A stretch of DNA of 62,620 bases, filler included, from Malassezia furfur (taxonomy: Eukaryota), in NCBI GenBank assembly GCA_052055015.1. It is 17 parts of 17 records of this genome, joined end to end, with 100 filler letters (N's around TTAATTAATTAA, not from the genome) between each part and the next. Parts side by side here need not be neighbours in the genome. Positions count along the whole stretch, not along the records: positions 1 to 3,646 come from JBQJIT010000746.1; positions 3,747 to 7,385 come from JBQJIT010000747.1; positions 7,486 to 11,117 come from JBQJIT010000748.1; 14 more parts are not named here. One strand, given 5' to 3'. Below are positions 1 to 9,907 of this stretch, one piece after another. The notes under the pieces are model-generated. The model was given only the letters and a program-made list of their open reading frames with translations. It had not been told where the DNA came from and did no database searches. The first letter of the stretch is position 1, and every line of letters starts with the position of its first letter. A program made the translations under genes and the position numbers.

Positions 1-757
1 AGCCGATCTGCTGGTGCAGCGCGACAAACGTCTTGAGCTCCGCCTTGCGGTACGTCGTGCCGTACTCCTCGCCGAGGCAGTAGTCGAGCAGCTTCGCCGT
101 CGGCCACGCGACGGGCGCCATCAGGATCATGGCGAGGTGCACGAGCGGCGCACACATCGCGCCGATCTGCAGACCGTAGCGCGCACAGATCGACTGCGGC
201 ACAATCTCGCCAAAGATGACGATGAGCACCGTCGAGACAATCACCGCACTCAGCCCCGAGCCAAACTCGGACAGGAAGATGGGCAGCGTCTCGTTGACAA
301 TCACGTTGCCGAGCAGCAGCACGACCAGCACCCAGTGCCGCCCGCGCTCCAGCAGGCGCATCACCTTGGCCGCGTTCTTGCGCTCCTGCTCGCTCCCAGA
401 CGTCATGAGCACCTGCAGGTTGACCATGTCGAGACCCATCAGCCCGAGCGTCAGGCCGGCGAAAATGCCGCCCAGCAGCACGAGCGCGCCGATCATCACG
501 AGGTCCAGCGACTTCGCCAGCGCCGTCTTGGCCGCCTTCTCCGCGTCGTCGTCGCCGCCGCCGCCGTGCGCAAAGAACGAGGCGGCGGCCTCGGGCCGCA
601 CGACGCCGGCGGCGTACGACTGCGCCGCCGGCATCGCACGCACACTCGAGACCAGTGCGTGCATTGCATAGCTGCCTAGCAGCAGGATGCGTTTCGTAAC
701 TGCATGGGACGCCGCGCCCGCGCGGGGCACGCCGCTGCTTGCCCAAGCACCTGCCAT
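1..757 (-). CDS. MAM3: CNNM/DUF21 metal-homeostasis membrane protein (Mam3-like), 3' part off window
   Basis: Not in the ORF track; my minus-strand translation gives LVLLGGIFAGLTLGLMGLD...HWVLVVLLLGNVIVNETLPIFL...IVIFGEIVPQSICARYGL, the DUF21 signature. In-frame ATGs at 757 and 664. Confidence 0.88.
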   Translation of the reverse strand, partial: MAGAWASSGVPRAGAASHAVTKRILLLGSYAMHALVSSVRAMPAAQSYAAGVVRPEAAASFFAHGGGGDDDAEKAAKTALAKSLDLVMIGALVLLGGIFAGLTLGLMGLDMVNLQVLMTSGSEQERKNAAKVMRLLERGRHWVLVVLLLGNVIVNETLPIFLSEFGSGLSAVIVSTVLIVIFGEIVPQSICARYGLQIGAMCAPLVHLAMILMAPVAWPTAKLLDYCLGEEYGTTYRKAELKTFVALHQQIG

Positions 758-862
758 CAACTTTCTTCGGCAGGCCGGCCGCGGCCCTCCCCAGGCACAC
801 GCACGCCCCCCGGCCGCGTCGGCCGAGGCCTTCTTCGCTCACTCCACTTGGCGTCAAAAAAG

Positions 863-2039
863 ATGGTAGGTAGCGCCCCAGCGGCTCATGGCAGACGACC
901 GTGCAACGCATCAAAGAGGTCGAGGATGAGATGGCCCGTACGTGACGCACTCACCCAGGCACGCAAAAGAACAAGGCGACCGCGTACCATCTCGGCCAGC
1001 TGCGTGCGAAGCTCGCGAAGCTCAAGCGCGAGCTCATTGCGCCGAGCGGCGGCGGCGGCGGCGGCGGCGGCATGGGCTTCGACGTCGCACGCACCGGTAT
1101 CGCGAGCGTCGGGTTCGTCGGCTTCCCGTCCGTGGGCAAGTCGACGCTCATGTCCGGCCTGACCGGCACGACGTCCGAGGCCGCCGCGTACGAATTCACC
1201 ACACGTACGTGCTTTTTGCTCACGCAGTCACCACCGTGCCCGGCACCATGACGGTGCGTGGCGCCAAGATCCAGGTGCTCGACCTGCCCGGTATCATCGA
1301 GGGCGCCAAGGACGGCAAGGGCCGTGGTCGCCAGGTGATCGCCGTCGCACGCACGTGCAACCTCATCTTTATCGTGCTCGACGTGGGCAAGCCGCTGAAG
1401 GACAAGCAGATCCTCGAGGCGGAGCTCGAGGGCTTTGGCATCCGGCTGAACAAGCGCAAGCCCAACGTGATCGTCAAGAAGAAGGACAAGGGCGGCCTGT
1501 CCATCACCAACACCGTCCCGCTCACCAAGCTCGACCACGACGAGATCCGCGCGGTGATGAGCGAATACCGCATCGCGAACGCCGACATTGCGTTCCGCGA
1601 GGACATCACCGTCGATGAGCTGATCGACGTCATCGAGAACAACCGGATATACATCCCGTGCATCTACGTGCTCAACAAGATCGACAGCATCTCGATCGAG
1701 GAGCTCGACCTGCTCTACAAGATCCCGCAGTCGGTGCCGATCTCGTCGCGCATGTGGCTCAACGTCGACGAGCTGGTCGACAAGATGTGGGACGAGCTGA
1801 ACCTCGTGCGCATCTACACCAAGCCGCGCAAGTCGCCGCCGGACTACACCGCGCCGGTGGTGCTGCGCCGCGACAAGTGCACCATCGAGGACTTCTGCAA
1901 CGCCATCCACCGCGAAATCTTCAAGCAGTTCAAGTACGCGATGGTGTGGGGCACCTCGGCGAAGCACGCGCGCGGCCAGCGCGTCGGCGCCGACCACGTG
2001 CTGGAGGACGAGGACTGCGTGACGATCTTCAAGCGCTAG
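863..2039 (+). CDS. RBG1: DRG1/Rbg1 ribosome-interacting GTPase, 4 exons
   Basis: Splicing introns 866-894, 938-958 and 1205-1227 gives [30 protein letters not shown]...[12 protein letters not shown]...YEFTTLTTVPG...DLPGIIEGA...NKID and a TGS domain. Confidence 0.95.
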
Positions 2040-2104
2040 CGGCGCGCCGCTGTACCCTACGGGTCTATAGTACATGGTAGGCCCCACGAGCCCGCGCGCA
2101 TGCG

Positions 2105-3193
2105 CTACCACGCCGGCGCCGCGCGCACGCCCTCCCACCGCGGGATGGTGCGCCCGATCGCGCCGTCGGCCGCCTGCTTCGCGTGCCGCGCCTTGTCGGA
2201 GCGCACGCCGAGCGCCGGCGTGCCGCGGTTGAGCGCCTCGAGCAGCACGCACGCCTTGCACAGCTCGTTCGACGACAGGTAGCCGCACCGCATGCACGTG
2301 CGCTGCACCGCGCGCTTCACCTGGCCCGCCACATGCAAATTCTCGCCGGCGTGGATGATGTCGATGATGCTCGACGCCCGGATGCTCTCGAGGTCCTTGA
2401 GGAAGGTGCGTGCGTAGCCGCGGTACGCGTTCGGCGAGTAGATGCACTCGGTGCTGAAGTAGTCGAGCTGCTTGAAGTAGGCATACATCACGATCTCCTT
2501 CTCGTACGCATACTTGAACGGCTTGCTCCGCTTGATGCCACTCCCGCCGAACGACGCACCGCCGCCGCACCCGCCGGCCTCGTCGTCGCCCTCGGGGCCC
2601 TTGGTGAGGATCTCGGTGCAGCGCTCGAGGCGCGCAATGTCGCCGCGCAGCACGTTCATCAGGATCGTCTCGGCAATGTCGTCCGCATTGTGGCCCGTCA
2701 CGATGTGGTCCACGCCGAGCGACGCCGCGCCGCGGTCGAGCGCCTGCCGCCGGAACACGCCGCAGAACGTGCAGTTGTTCTTGCGGCCGACGCTCGCCAC
2801 GATCTCGTCCATGGACCAGCCGTAGAGCTCCTTGTAGCCCAGCACGGTGAGCGGCATCGCATACTGCGCCTGGTTGCGCTTGACCGTCTCGAGGCTGTCG
2901 TCGCGGTACCCCGTGATCCCCTCGTCGATGCTCAGCAGGATGAGGTGCAGCCCGTAGTCGTAGCGCTCGTTGAGCGTCTTCATGACGTGCGCCAGCACCG
3001 TCGAGTCCTTGCCGCCGCTCGCGCCGATCGCGACGCGGTCGCCGCGCTGGAAGAGGCGCGCCTCGGTGATCGTGTGGTGCACCTCGGTCTCGAACACGTA
3101 GAAAAAGCACTCCTTGCACACCATCTGGCCCGTCTTGGGGCGCCTCAGCACGGCGCGCGCCTCGCCGCACAGCACACACGGCCGCGGCGCCAT
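2105..3193 (-). CDS. NCS6: Cytoplasmic tRNA 2-thiolation protein 1 (Ncs6/Ctu1)
   Basis: PP-loop [26 protein letters not shown] and terminal CxxC zinc fingers; ATG at 3193. Confidence 0.95.
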   Translation of the reverse strand: MAPRPCVLCGEARAVLRRPKTGQMVCKECFFYVFETEVHHTITEARLFQRGDRVAIGASGGKDSTVLAHVMKTLNERYDYGLHLILLSIDEGITGYRDDSLETVKRNQAQYAMPLTVLGYKELYGWSMDEIVASVGRKNNCTFCGVFRRQALDRGAASLGVDHIVTGHNADDIAETILMNVLRGDIARLERCTEILTKGPEGDDEAGGCGGGASFGGSGIKRSKPFKYAYEKEIVMYAYFKQLDYFSTECIYSPNAYRGYARTFLKDLESIRASSIIDIIHAGENLHVAGQVKRAVQRTCMRCGYLSSNELCKACVLLEALNRGTPALGVRSDKARHAKQAADGAIGRTIPRWEGVRAAPAW

Positions 3194-3241
3194 CAAAAAA
3201 ACGAAGCAGGCGCGCCGCTGAGTCAGCGTGGGGAAACGACG

Positions 3242-3646
3242 ATGCTCGCGCTCCGCCGCTCCGCGGGCCTCGCGCGCCGCGCCCTGCACACGACCGCGCG
3301 CCTGCACATCGACCGCCACGCACACGAGGAGCACGAGCGGCCGGGGTACGCGATCCCCACGCCGTTCTGGGAGCGCGCACTCCTCGGCGTCGGCAGCGCC
3401 CTCGGCCTGCTCGTCAACCCGAGCCGCGGCGACCTGCTCTCGGTGCTCACGCAGGTGTCCTCCTTCCCGAACATCGACCAGCTCGTCGAGCAGATGCGCG
3501 CCACGCACGAGGGGCGCCGCCTGCTCGTCGCGCGCCCGTCGATCAACTCGCGCACCGTCGACCTCGAGGCGCTCTGGGCGCTGCCCGACCACACGTTCGG
3601 CAAGGAGTGGGTGCGCTGGCTCCGCGCGAACCGCGTCGGGCCCGAC
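3242..3646 (+). CDS. COQ4: Ubiquinone biosynthesis protein Coq4, truncated by contig end
   Basis: Presequence [18 protein letters not shown], then NPSRGDL...[34 protein letters not shown]. Confidence 0.85.
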
Positions 3647-3746
3647 NNNNNNNNNNNNNNNNNNNNNNNNNNNNNNNNNNNNNNNNNNNNTTAATTAATT
3701 AANNNNNNNNNNNNNNNNNNNNNNNNNNNNNNNNNNNNNNNNNNNN
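3647..3746. other. Artificial contig linker N44-TTAATTAATTAA-N44 (first of 16)
   Basis: Identical 100-nt linkers start at 3647, 7386, 11118, 14848, 18576, 22303, 26021, 29721, 33417, 37096, 40765, 44427, 48088, 51745, 55372 and 58998; the core has stops in all six frames. Confidence 0.99.
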
Positions 3747-4870
3747 GCGAGCGCGGCGGGCTGCCCGTCGGCGTGTCGACGCCGTGGCGGTACGGCTGGA
3801 TGGTGTCGTAGGGGATCTGCGAGAAGAGCACCGAGACGCTCTCGCCGTAGTGCGAGCGCCGGATCGTCTCGGCCAGCAGGTGGCTGATGTCGATCTCCTC
3901 GAGCTTCGGGCAGCGCCGCTTGTTCTCCTCCTGCGGCAGCGTATTGGTGACGATCAGCGCCTCGAGCTCGCTGTTCGCGATACGCTCCAGCGCGGGCGGC
4001 GACAGAATGCCGTGCGTGACGATCGCCAAAACACGCTCCGCGCCGCTCTCGCGCAGCTGCCGCGAGGCGAGCTCGAGTGTGCCGCACGTGTCGGCCATGT
4101 CGTCCACGAGGATCGCGATCTTGTCGCGCGCGTTGCCGACGAGCACCATGCGCGACACCTCGTTGGCCTTCTTGCGCTCCTTGTGGAACAGGGCAAAGTC
4201 CACGCCAAGCTGGTCAGCCAGCGCCGTCGCACTGCGTCAGGGTCGCGACGTACCGTTTCGCGCCGCCCGCATCGGGCGACACAATCACCACACGGCTCGT
4301 GTCGAGCATCTCGCGCACGTACTGCAGCGCCGCAGGCTCCGAGTACAAGTTGTCCACCGGCACGTTGAAGAAGCCCTGGATCTGCGACGCGTGCAGGTCC
4401 ATCGTGATCACATGGTCGCACCCCGCCTGCTCGAGCATGTTGGCAATCAGGCGCGCCGTGATCGGCGCACGGCTCTTGTCCTTCTTGTCCTGCCGCGCAT
4501 AGAAAAAGTGGGGGATCACCGCCGTGACACGCCGCGCACTGGCCGTCTTGCATGCGTTGATCATGATGAGCAGCTCCATGAGGCTCGTGTTCGGCGAAAT
4601 GGCGCTCCCATCTGCACCGTGCGACACACACGACGTGTTGATGATGTACACGTCGTGCTCACGCACCGACTCGCCCATGCGCACGATCGTCTCGCCCGCC
4701 TCGTTCTTGGTCACGGTCGCATTGCCGAGCGGGATGCCAAGCCTGTGTCAGCGCACCGACCTACCGCTTGCACACGAGGTTCGCGAGACCCCGGTGACTC
4801 GTTCCTGTGGTCAGCCGCGCGCTTGCGCGCACGTACCGCTGAACACCTTGATATCCGCCAGCGTCGCCAT
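3747..4870 (-). CDS. PRS: Ribose-phosphate pyrophosphokinase (PRPP synthetase), 4 exons; C-terminus continues on contig 7
   Basis: Introns 4805-4836, 4743-4764 and 4232-4253; motifs [57 protein letters not shown]. Confidence 0.95.
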
Positions 4871-5170
4871 GTCGTCGTCCGTGCCTAAGCGGCACCCGAA
4901 AGCATTTTTCGACTTAATTCCCCGACCCACGCCGGCGCTCGGGGGCAGCGGCGCACGCGCCCGGCGTGGCCCTCCGCCGGTGGGCGCCGCACGCTTGTAT
5001 TGCGACGCGGGCGTCGCTGCGTGCGAAGCGCGCCGCACCCACGCACCTCGCGCCCGCCCACCGGCGTATTGACGCGCCCTGAGGCCCATCGGGCCCATTC
5101 CCACGGCCACACTGCCATGCATAATACAGGATTCACTGGCTGCTCTACCTAGGCGACATCGTCGTGCTCA

Positions 5171-5757
5171 TCACGGCCGGCCACGGCCACGGCCACGCAT
5201 CCCGCGGCCACGCCCACGGTCGCCACGGCCCCGTGCGGCCGGCGCATTGGGGTCGCGCTTCGATTTCGGCCGCGGCGCATCGTCGACCAGCAGCGTATCG
5301 AGCGGCAGCGCATCGGGCAGGATCCAGTACCGCGTGTTGTTGCCTCGGATCGAAAGCGTATCCAGCATGATCGGCTCGCGCCCACGCACCGTGAGCTTGA
5401 CGTTTTTGAGGTGGGTATTCATCTGCACATCGACACCTGTATCAGTAGGGAGCGGGCGCGGCGCGCGGCGCGCCGCGCACACTGCGTGCGTGTGCCACTG
5501 TGTGGCACGACATCGCGCCTGTGCTTGCGTGTCCGGCTGCCGCACGACGTGCGCGGCGATGCTGCGCGGCGCACGTCGCACACGCGCATGCGACGCACGA
5601 CGGCGCACGGCGGCGCACGCGCGCGCCCGCTCCGGCGTACGTACCAGTGACCGTCCCATGCACAATCGTCCCGTTCTTCAGCTCGATCGTGACGCTCTCA
5701 TTGTTGAGCTTCATCAAGAAGCTGCGTTAGCGCCCCCACCTACCGAACCAACTTCAT
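5171..5757 (-). CDS. SMD1: snRNP core protein Sm D1, 3 exons
   Basis: Introns 5722-5743 (22 nt) and 5437-5644 (208 nt) give [40 protein letters not shown]...SIRGNNTRY... with an RG tail. Confidence 0.95.
5449..5633 (-). repeat. Perfect 12-bp inverted repeat closing SmD1 intron 2
   Basis: GGAGCGGGCGCG (5449-5460) is the reverse complement of CGCGCCCGCTCC (5622-5633); pairing extends inward with bulges. Confidence 0.85.
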
Positions 5758-5786
5758 CTTGGTCGCAGGAAGACGTCGACGGCCCG

Positions 5787-5796
5787 GTCACGTGAC
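5787..5796. promoter_or_regulatory. Palindromic GTCACGTGAC E-box (Cbf1-type bHLH site) in the SMD1/EXO1 divergent promoter
   Basis: Lies in an 88-nt gap between divergent ATGs; the same core recurs at 8306, 36202, 42479, 51989 and 53846. Confidence 0.6.
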
Positions 5797-5845
5797 AATA
5801 CAGCCGCGCGGGGCTCGACGCGTCGCGAACGCTACGCGTGCCGCG

Positions 5846-7385
5846 ATGGGCATCGCCGGGCTGCTCCCCCTGCTGAAGGACATCCAGGAGGCGACGCATG
5901 TCGAAAAGTACCGTGGAAAGACGGTCGGGATCGACGCGTACGTGTGGCTGCATCGCGGCGCGTACGCGTGTGCGTCCGACCTGGCACTCGGTCGGCCCAC
6001 GACGCGCTACGTCGCGTACGCGGTGCACCGCATCCGCATGCTGCGGCACTACGGCGTGATCCCGTACGTGGTGTTTGACGGTGGACCCCTGCCGAGCAAG
6101 GCACACACCGAGGCGGAGCGCGCAGCGTACGTCCCTCTTCACTCACCCAGGAAACGCGCCGAGCACCGTGCCAAGGGCCTTGCGCTGCACCAGCAGAACA
6201 AGGGGTCGGCGGCGCGCGACGCGTTCGTGCGGTGCGTCGACGTGACGCCTGCGATGGCGCACGAGCTGATCCGCGTCTTGCGTGCCGAGGGCATCGCGTA
6301 CGTCGTTGCGCCGTACGAGGCCGACGCCCAACTCGCCTACATGGAGCGCCAGGGCCTCATCGACGCAATCATCACCGAGGACTCCGACTTACTGGTGTTT
6401 GGGTGCAAGACCGTGCTGTTCAAGCTCGACACCTACGGCCACTGCGTCGAGGTGCAGCAGGCGCGCTTCGCGTCCACGCAGCAGATCTCGCTCGAGGGCT
6501 GGGGCGCCGACGAATTCCGGCGCATGGCCATCCTGTCGGGCTGCGACTACCTGCCGTCGATCGTCGGCATGGGGCTCAAGAATGCGCACCGCTTCCTGCG
6601 GCGCTATGAGTCCGTCGACAACGTGCTGCGTGCGCTGCGGCTCGAGGGGAAACTGCGCGTCCCGCCGAGCTATGCGGACGACTTCCGCCGCGCCGAGTTC
6701 ACCTTTGTGCACCAGCGCGTGTGGGACCCGCGCGGCTGCGGGTGCATGACGACGCTCACGCCGCTCCCGGACGACGTCGACGACGCACTGCTCACGTTCA
6801 TCGGCGCGCCCATCCCGTGGGAGCTCGCGCGCCAGATCGCCGCCGGCGACGTGTGCCCGATCGACAAGACACCGCTCGGCCGCGCACCGCCGCTGCAGCG
6901 CGCCGCGTCCGCACCGCAGCGCGGCGCACAGGCGTCGCTGCACGCCTTCTTTGCCAAGCCCGCCGACGCGCCGCCCACGCAACACGCGACGCCCGCGCCG
7001 CGCCGCGTCCTGGGCGAACTCGACGTGAACCGTGCGGGCCTCGATCCTGGTGCGCAGCGCACGCGCACGCCGCGCGCCGCCAGCTGGCACACGCCGCCGG
7101 GCCACGCGCCGCCACACACCCCGACGCCCTCCGCGGCGGTGTCGGTTGCGCCGACGTCGACGCCGCAGTCGTCGCGCTTCTTCGCACCGCGCACCGACGC
7201 CGCGCCGGACGCCGCGCCGGACGCCGCCGAGTCCCACAGCAGCGACGTGGGCACCCCCCAGACGTCGCCCCGCACCGATGCCTCGCTTGGTGTGGGCGCC
7301 TCGCCGCACCGCAAGGACGCCTGGAACGACGGCGTATCGAGTCCCGTATCGTCGCCGGGCGCCTCGCCGACGCGCGCCATGCCGG
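5846..7385 (+). CDS. EXO1: Exonuclease 1 (XPG/Rad2 family), truncated
   Basis: MGIAGLLPLLK, GIDAYVWLHRGA, VVFDGG, APYEADAQLAY, ITEDSDLL, LSGCDY; probable in-frame 24-nt intron at 6127-6150. Confidence 0.95.
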
Positions 7386-7485
7386 NNNNNNNNNNNNNNN
7401 NNNNNNNNNNNNNNNNNNNNNNNNNNNNNTTAATTAATTAANNNNNNNNNNNNNNNNNNNNNNNNNNNNNNNNNNNNNNNNNNNN

Positions 7486-7669
7486 AGGTGCTCGCGCGCC
7501 CGCGCCTGCGCCCGCGCCCACGTCGCCCGCGGCGCGCGAGCACCTGCAGGTGCCCGGCAGCGAGCGCAAGCGCCTGTCGTTTATGGCGTACTCCGACATT
7601 GTCAACGAGCGGCCCGAGCAGCTCGTCGACCTGGACGAGTCGGTGCACCTCCAGATGCAGGAGGAATAG
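7486..7669 (+). CDS. 3' end of an unidentified fungal protein
   Basis: Frame ending ...RKRLSFMAYSDIVNERPEQLVDLDESVHLQMQEE-TAG with coding-like codon use. Confidence 0.45.
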
Positions 7670-7738
7670 TGCGGCGCGTGCGGGCGCGCGCGGTGGCGCG
7701 GCCAGACTACCTGTGTACATACGTGCCGTAGCCCCGGC

Positions 7739-8293
7739 CTAGGCAAAAAACGCGTCGTGTGCGTAGGCGGCGTACGCCGGGCGCTCGACCGACGCGCGGC
7801 CGACGCGCTTGTCCGTCTCGATGTCGTCGATGAGGGCGTCTGCGTCAGGGTGTCACCTACCGAGCGAGTCGTACTTGAGCTCCGGGCGGATGTAGCCCAG
7901 GATCACCACGCGCATCGCCTGGCCGTAGAAGTCGGCGTGGTAGGCGTGGAGGACGTGCACCTCGACGGTCTTTTGCGTGTTGGCAAAGTGCGGGTTCCAC
8001 CCGACCGACATGACCATCGGGTGCACGGCGCGGTCCGCGTCCGGCACCGCGGCGTCGTCCTGGGCGAAGCGCACCTGCGCAAAGCCAAAGTAGACGCCGG
8101 TCTGCGTGAGGCTGTTCTGCGCCGCCTCGGCGTCGAGCGAGGCGACGGGCAGGTTTGCGGTCGGGCAGTTGAGCTGCTTGCTCCCGCGCCCGAATCCGTG
8201 CTCCACGACCCCGCGCAGGTACACCGGGAACGGCGCCTCGACCGTCTCCGTGCCGCACACCGCCGGGCGCCGCGCACTGTCGTAGGCGGCCAT
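7739..8293 (-). CDS. FMN1: Riboflavin kinase, 2 exons
   Basis: GFGRGSKQLNCPTANL, GVYFGFA, MVMSVGWNP, GYIRPE; the 21-nt intron 7840-7860 restores YDSLDALIDDIETD. Confidence 0.93.
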
Positions 8294-8332
8294 GGCAACA
8301 AGACGCACGTGACACCCCGGCTTCCCACCAGC

Positions 8333-9907
8333 ATGAAGTATTTGAGCACGCGCGGCGGCGACAAGCTGCTCACCTTTGAGGAGGCCGTGCTCCGGGGCCT
8401 CGCGCCGAACGGCGGCCTGTACATCCCCGAGCACATCCCGCAGCTCCCGAGCGACTGGCAGACGCGCTGGGCGTCGCTGAGCTTCCCCGAGCTCTCGTAC
8501 GAGATCGTGTCGCTCTTTGTGCCGCCCACCGCCGAGGAGGGCGGCATCCCGCCCGCGGACCTGCGCGCGCTCATCAACAAGGCGTACGGCACGTTCCGCA
8601 GCGCGGACGTGACGCCGCTCACGCGCGTGAGCGAGTACGAGTACTGCCTCGAGCTCTGGCACGGGCCGACGTTTGCGTTCAAGGACGTGGCGCTCCAGCT
8701 GCTCGGCAACCTGTTTGAGTACTTCCTCGCGCGCAAGAACCGCGCCGAGGGCAAGGAGCACGCACACCACATCACCGTCGTCGGCGCCACGAGCGGCGAC
8801 ACGGGCAGCGCCGCGATCGCCGGCCTGCGCTCCAAGGCGAACCTGGACATTTTCATTCTGCACCCGCGCGGGCGCGTGAGTCCGATCCAGGAGGCGCAGA
8901 TGACCACGGTGCTCGACGGCAACGTGCACAACCTTGCGGTCGAGGGCACGTTCGACGACTGCCAGGACATCGTCAAGGCGCTGTTCAACGACGTCGAGTT
9001 CAACGCGGCGCACCACCTCGGCGCGATCAACTCGATCAACTGGGCGCGCATCGTGTCGCAGATCGTGTACTACTTTGCGGGCTACTTTGCGCTCCGCCGG
9101 CAGCAGCCGGAGCTCGACATGGCCGCGGTGCAGTACGTCGTGCCGACGGGCAACTTTGGCGACATCCTCGCGGGCTACTACGCCAAGCGCCTCGGCCTGC
9201 CGATGCGCCCGCTCGCCGTGGCGACCAACGCCAACGACATCCTGCAGCGCTTCTGGGCCACCGGGCGCTACGAGAAGGAGGGCGCCGGCGAGGTGCACGC
9301 CACGCTCTCGCCCGCGATGGACATCATGGTCTCGTCCAACTTTGAGCGTCTCTTGTGGTACCTTGCGCACGACACCTCCGACGCGCCCACCGAGAAGGAA
9401 AAGGCGCGCGAGGCCGGCGTCCAGGTCGTCGCCTGGATGGAGGCGCTGCGCGCCCAGGGGACCATGCACGTGTCCGAGGCGCAGCTCGCGCTGGCGCGCC
9501 GCGACTTTGTCGCGGAGCGCGTCTCGAACGACGAGACGCGCGCGGCCATCCTGCGCTACTACCGGCCGGAGGGCGAGCGCGCGTCGTACCTCGTCGACCC
9601 GCACACCGCCGTCGCGTTCGAGGCGGCCAACCGCCTCGTGAAGAGCGAGAAGTACCCGCAGGTGATCCTCTCGACGGCGCACCCCGCCAAGTTTGCCGAG
9701 GCGGTCGTCTCGTCGATCGCCTCGGCAAGCGACGAGGCGTCCGCCCAGCGCTTCTTCGAGACGCGCGTCCTCCCGAAGGAGATGCACGGCCTCCTCGAGC
9801 GCGAGCGCCGCGTCACGCCGGTGGAGCCCGCGGAGCAGGGCGCCACCAAGCTCGACCGCCTCGTCGCGCGCACCAAGGAAATCATCGAACAGAATGTGTC
9901 TCTGTAG
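8333..9907 (+). CDS. THR4: Threonine synthase
   Basis: MKYLSTRG, GLAPNGGLY, HGPTFAFKDVAL (PLP lysine), ATSGDTGSAA, NSINWARI, STAHPAKF. Confidence 0.97.
   Translation: MKYLSTRGGDKLLTFEEAVLRGLAPNGGLYIPEHIPQLPSDWQTRWASLSFPELSYEIVSLFVPPTAEEGGIPPADLRALINKAYGTFRSADVTPLTRVSEYEYCLELWHGPTFAFKDVALQLLGNLFEYFLARKNRAEGKEHAHHITVVGATSGDTGSAAIAGLRSKANLDIFILHPRGRVSPIQEAQMTTVLDGNVHNLAVEGTFDDCQDIVKALFNDVEFNAAHHLGAINSINWARIVSQIVYYFAGYFALRRQQPELDMAAVQYVVPTGNFGDILAGYYAKRLGLPMRPLAVATNANDILQRFWATGRYEKEGAGEVHATLSPAMDIMVSSNFERLLWYLAHDTSDAPTEKEKAREAGVQVVAWMEALRAQGTMHVSEAQLALARRDFVAERVSNDETRAAILRYYRPEGERASYLVDPHTAVAFEAANRLVKSEKYPQVILSTAHPAKFAEAVVSSIASASDEASAQRFFETRVLPKEMHGLLERERRVTPVEPAEQGATKLDRLVARTKEIIEQNVSL

Noticed and set aside
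3647..3746. Repeated TTAATTAATTAA as a transposon target site or regulatory repeat
   Set aside because: Always centred in exactly 44+44 Ns; it is a synthetic six-frame stop linker.
5461..5621. snoRNA inside the long SmD1 intron
   Set aside because: No C/D boxes or properly placed H/ACA boxes; only GC-rich stems.
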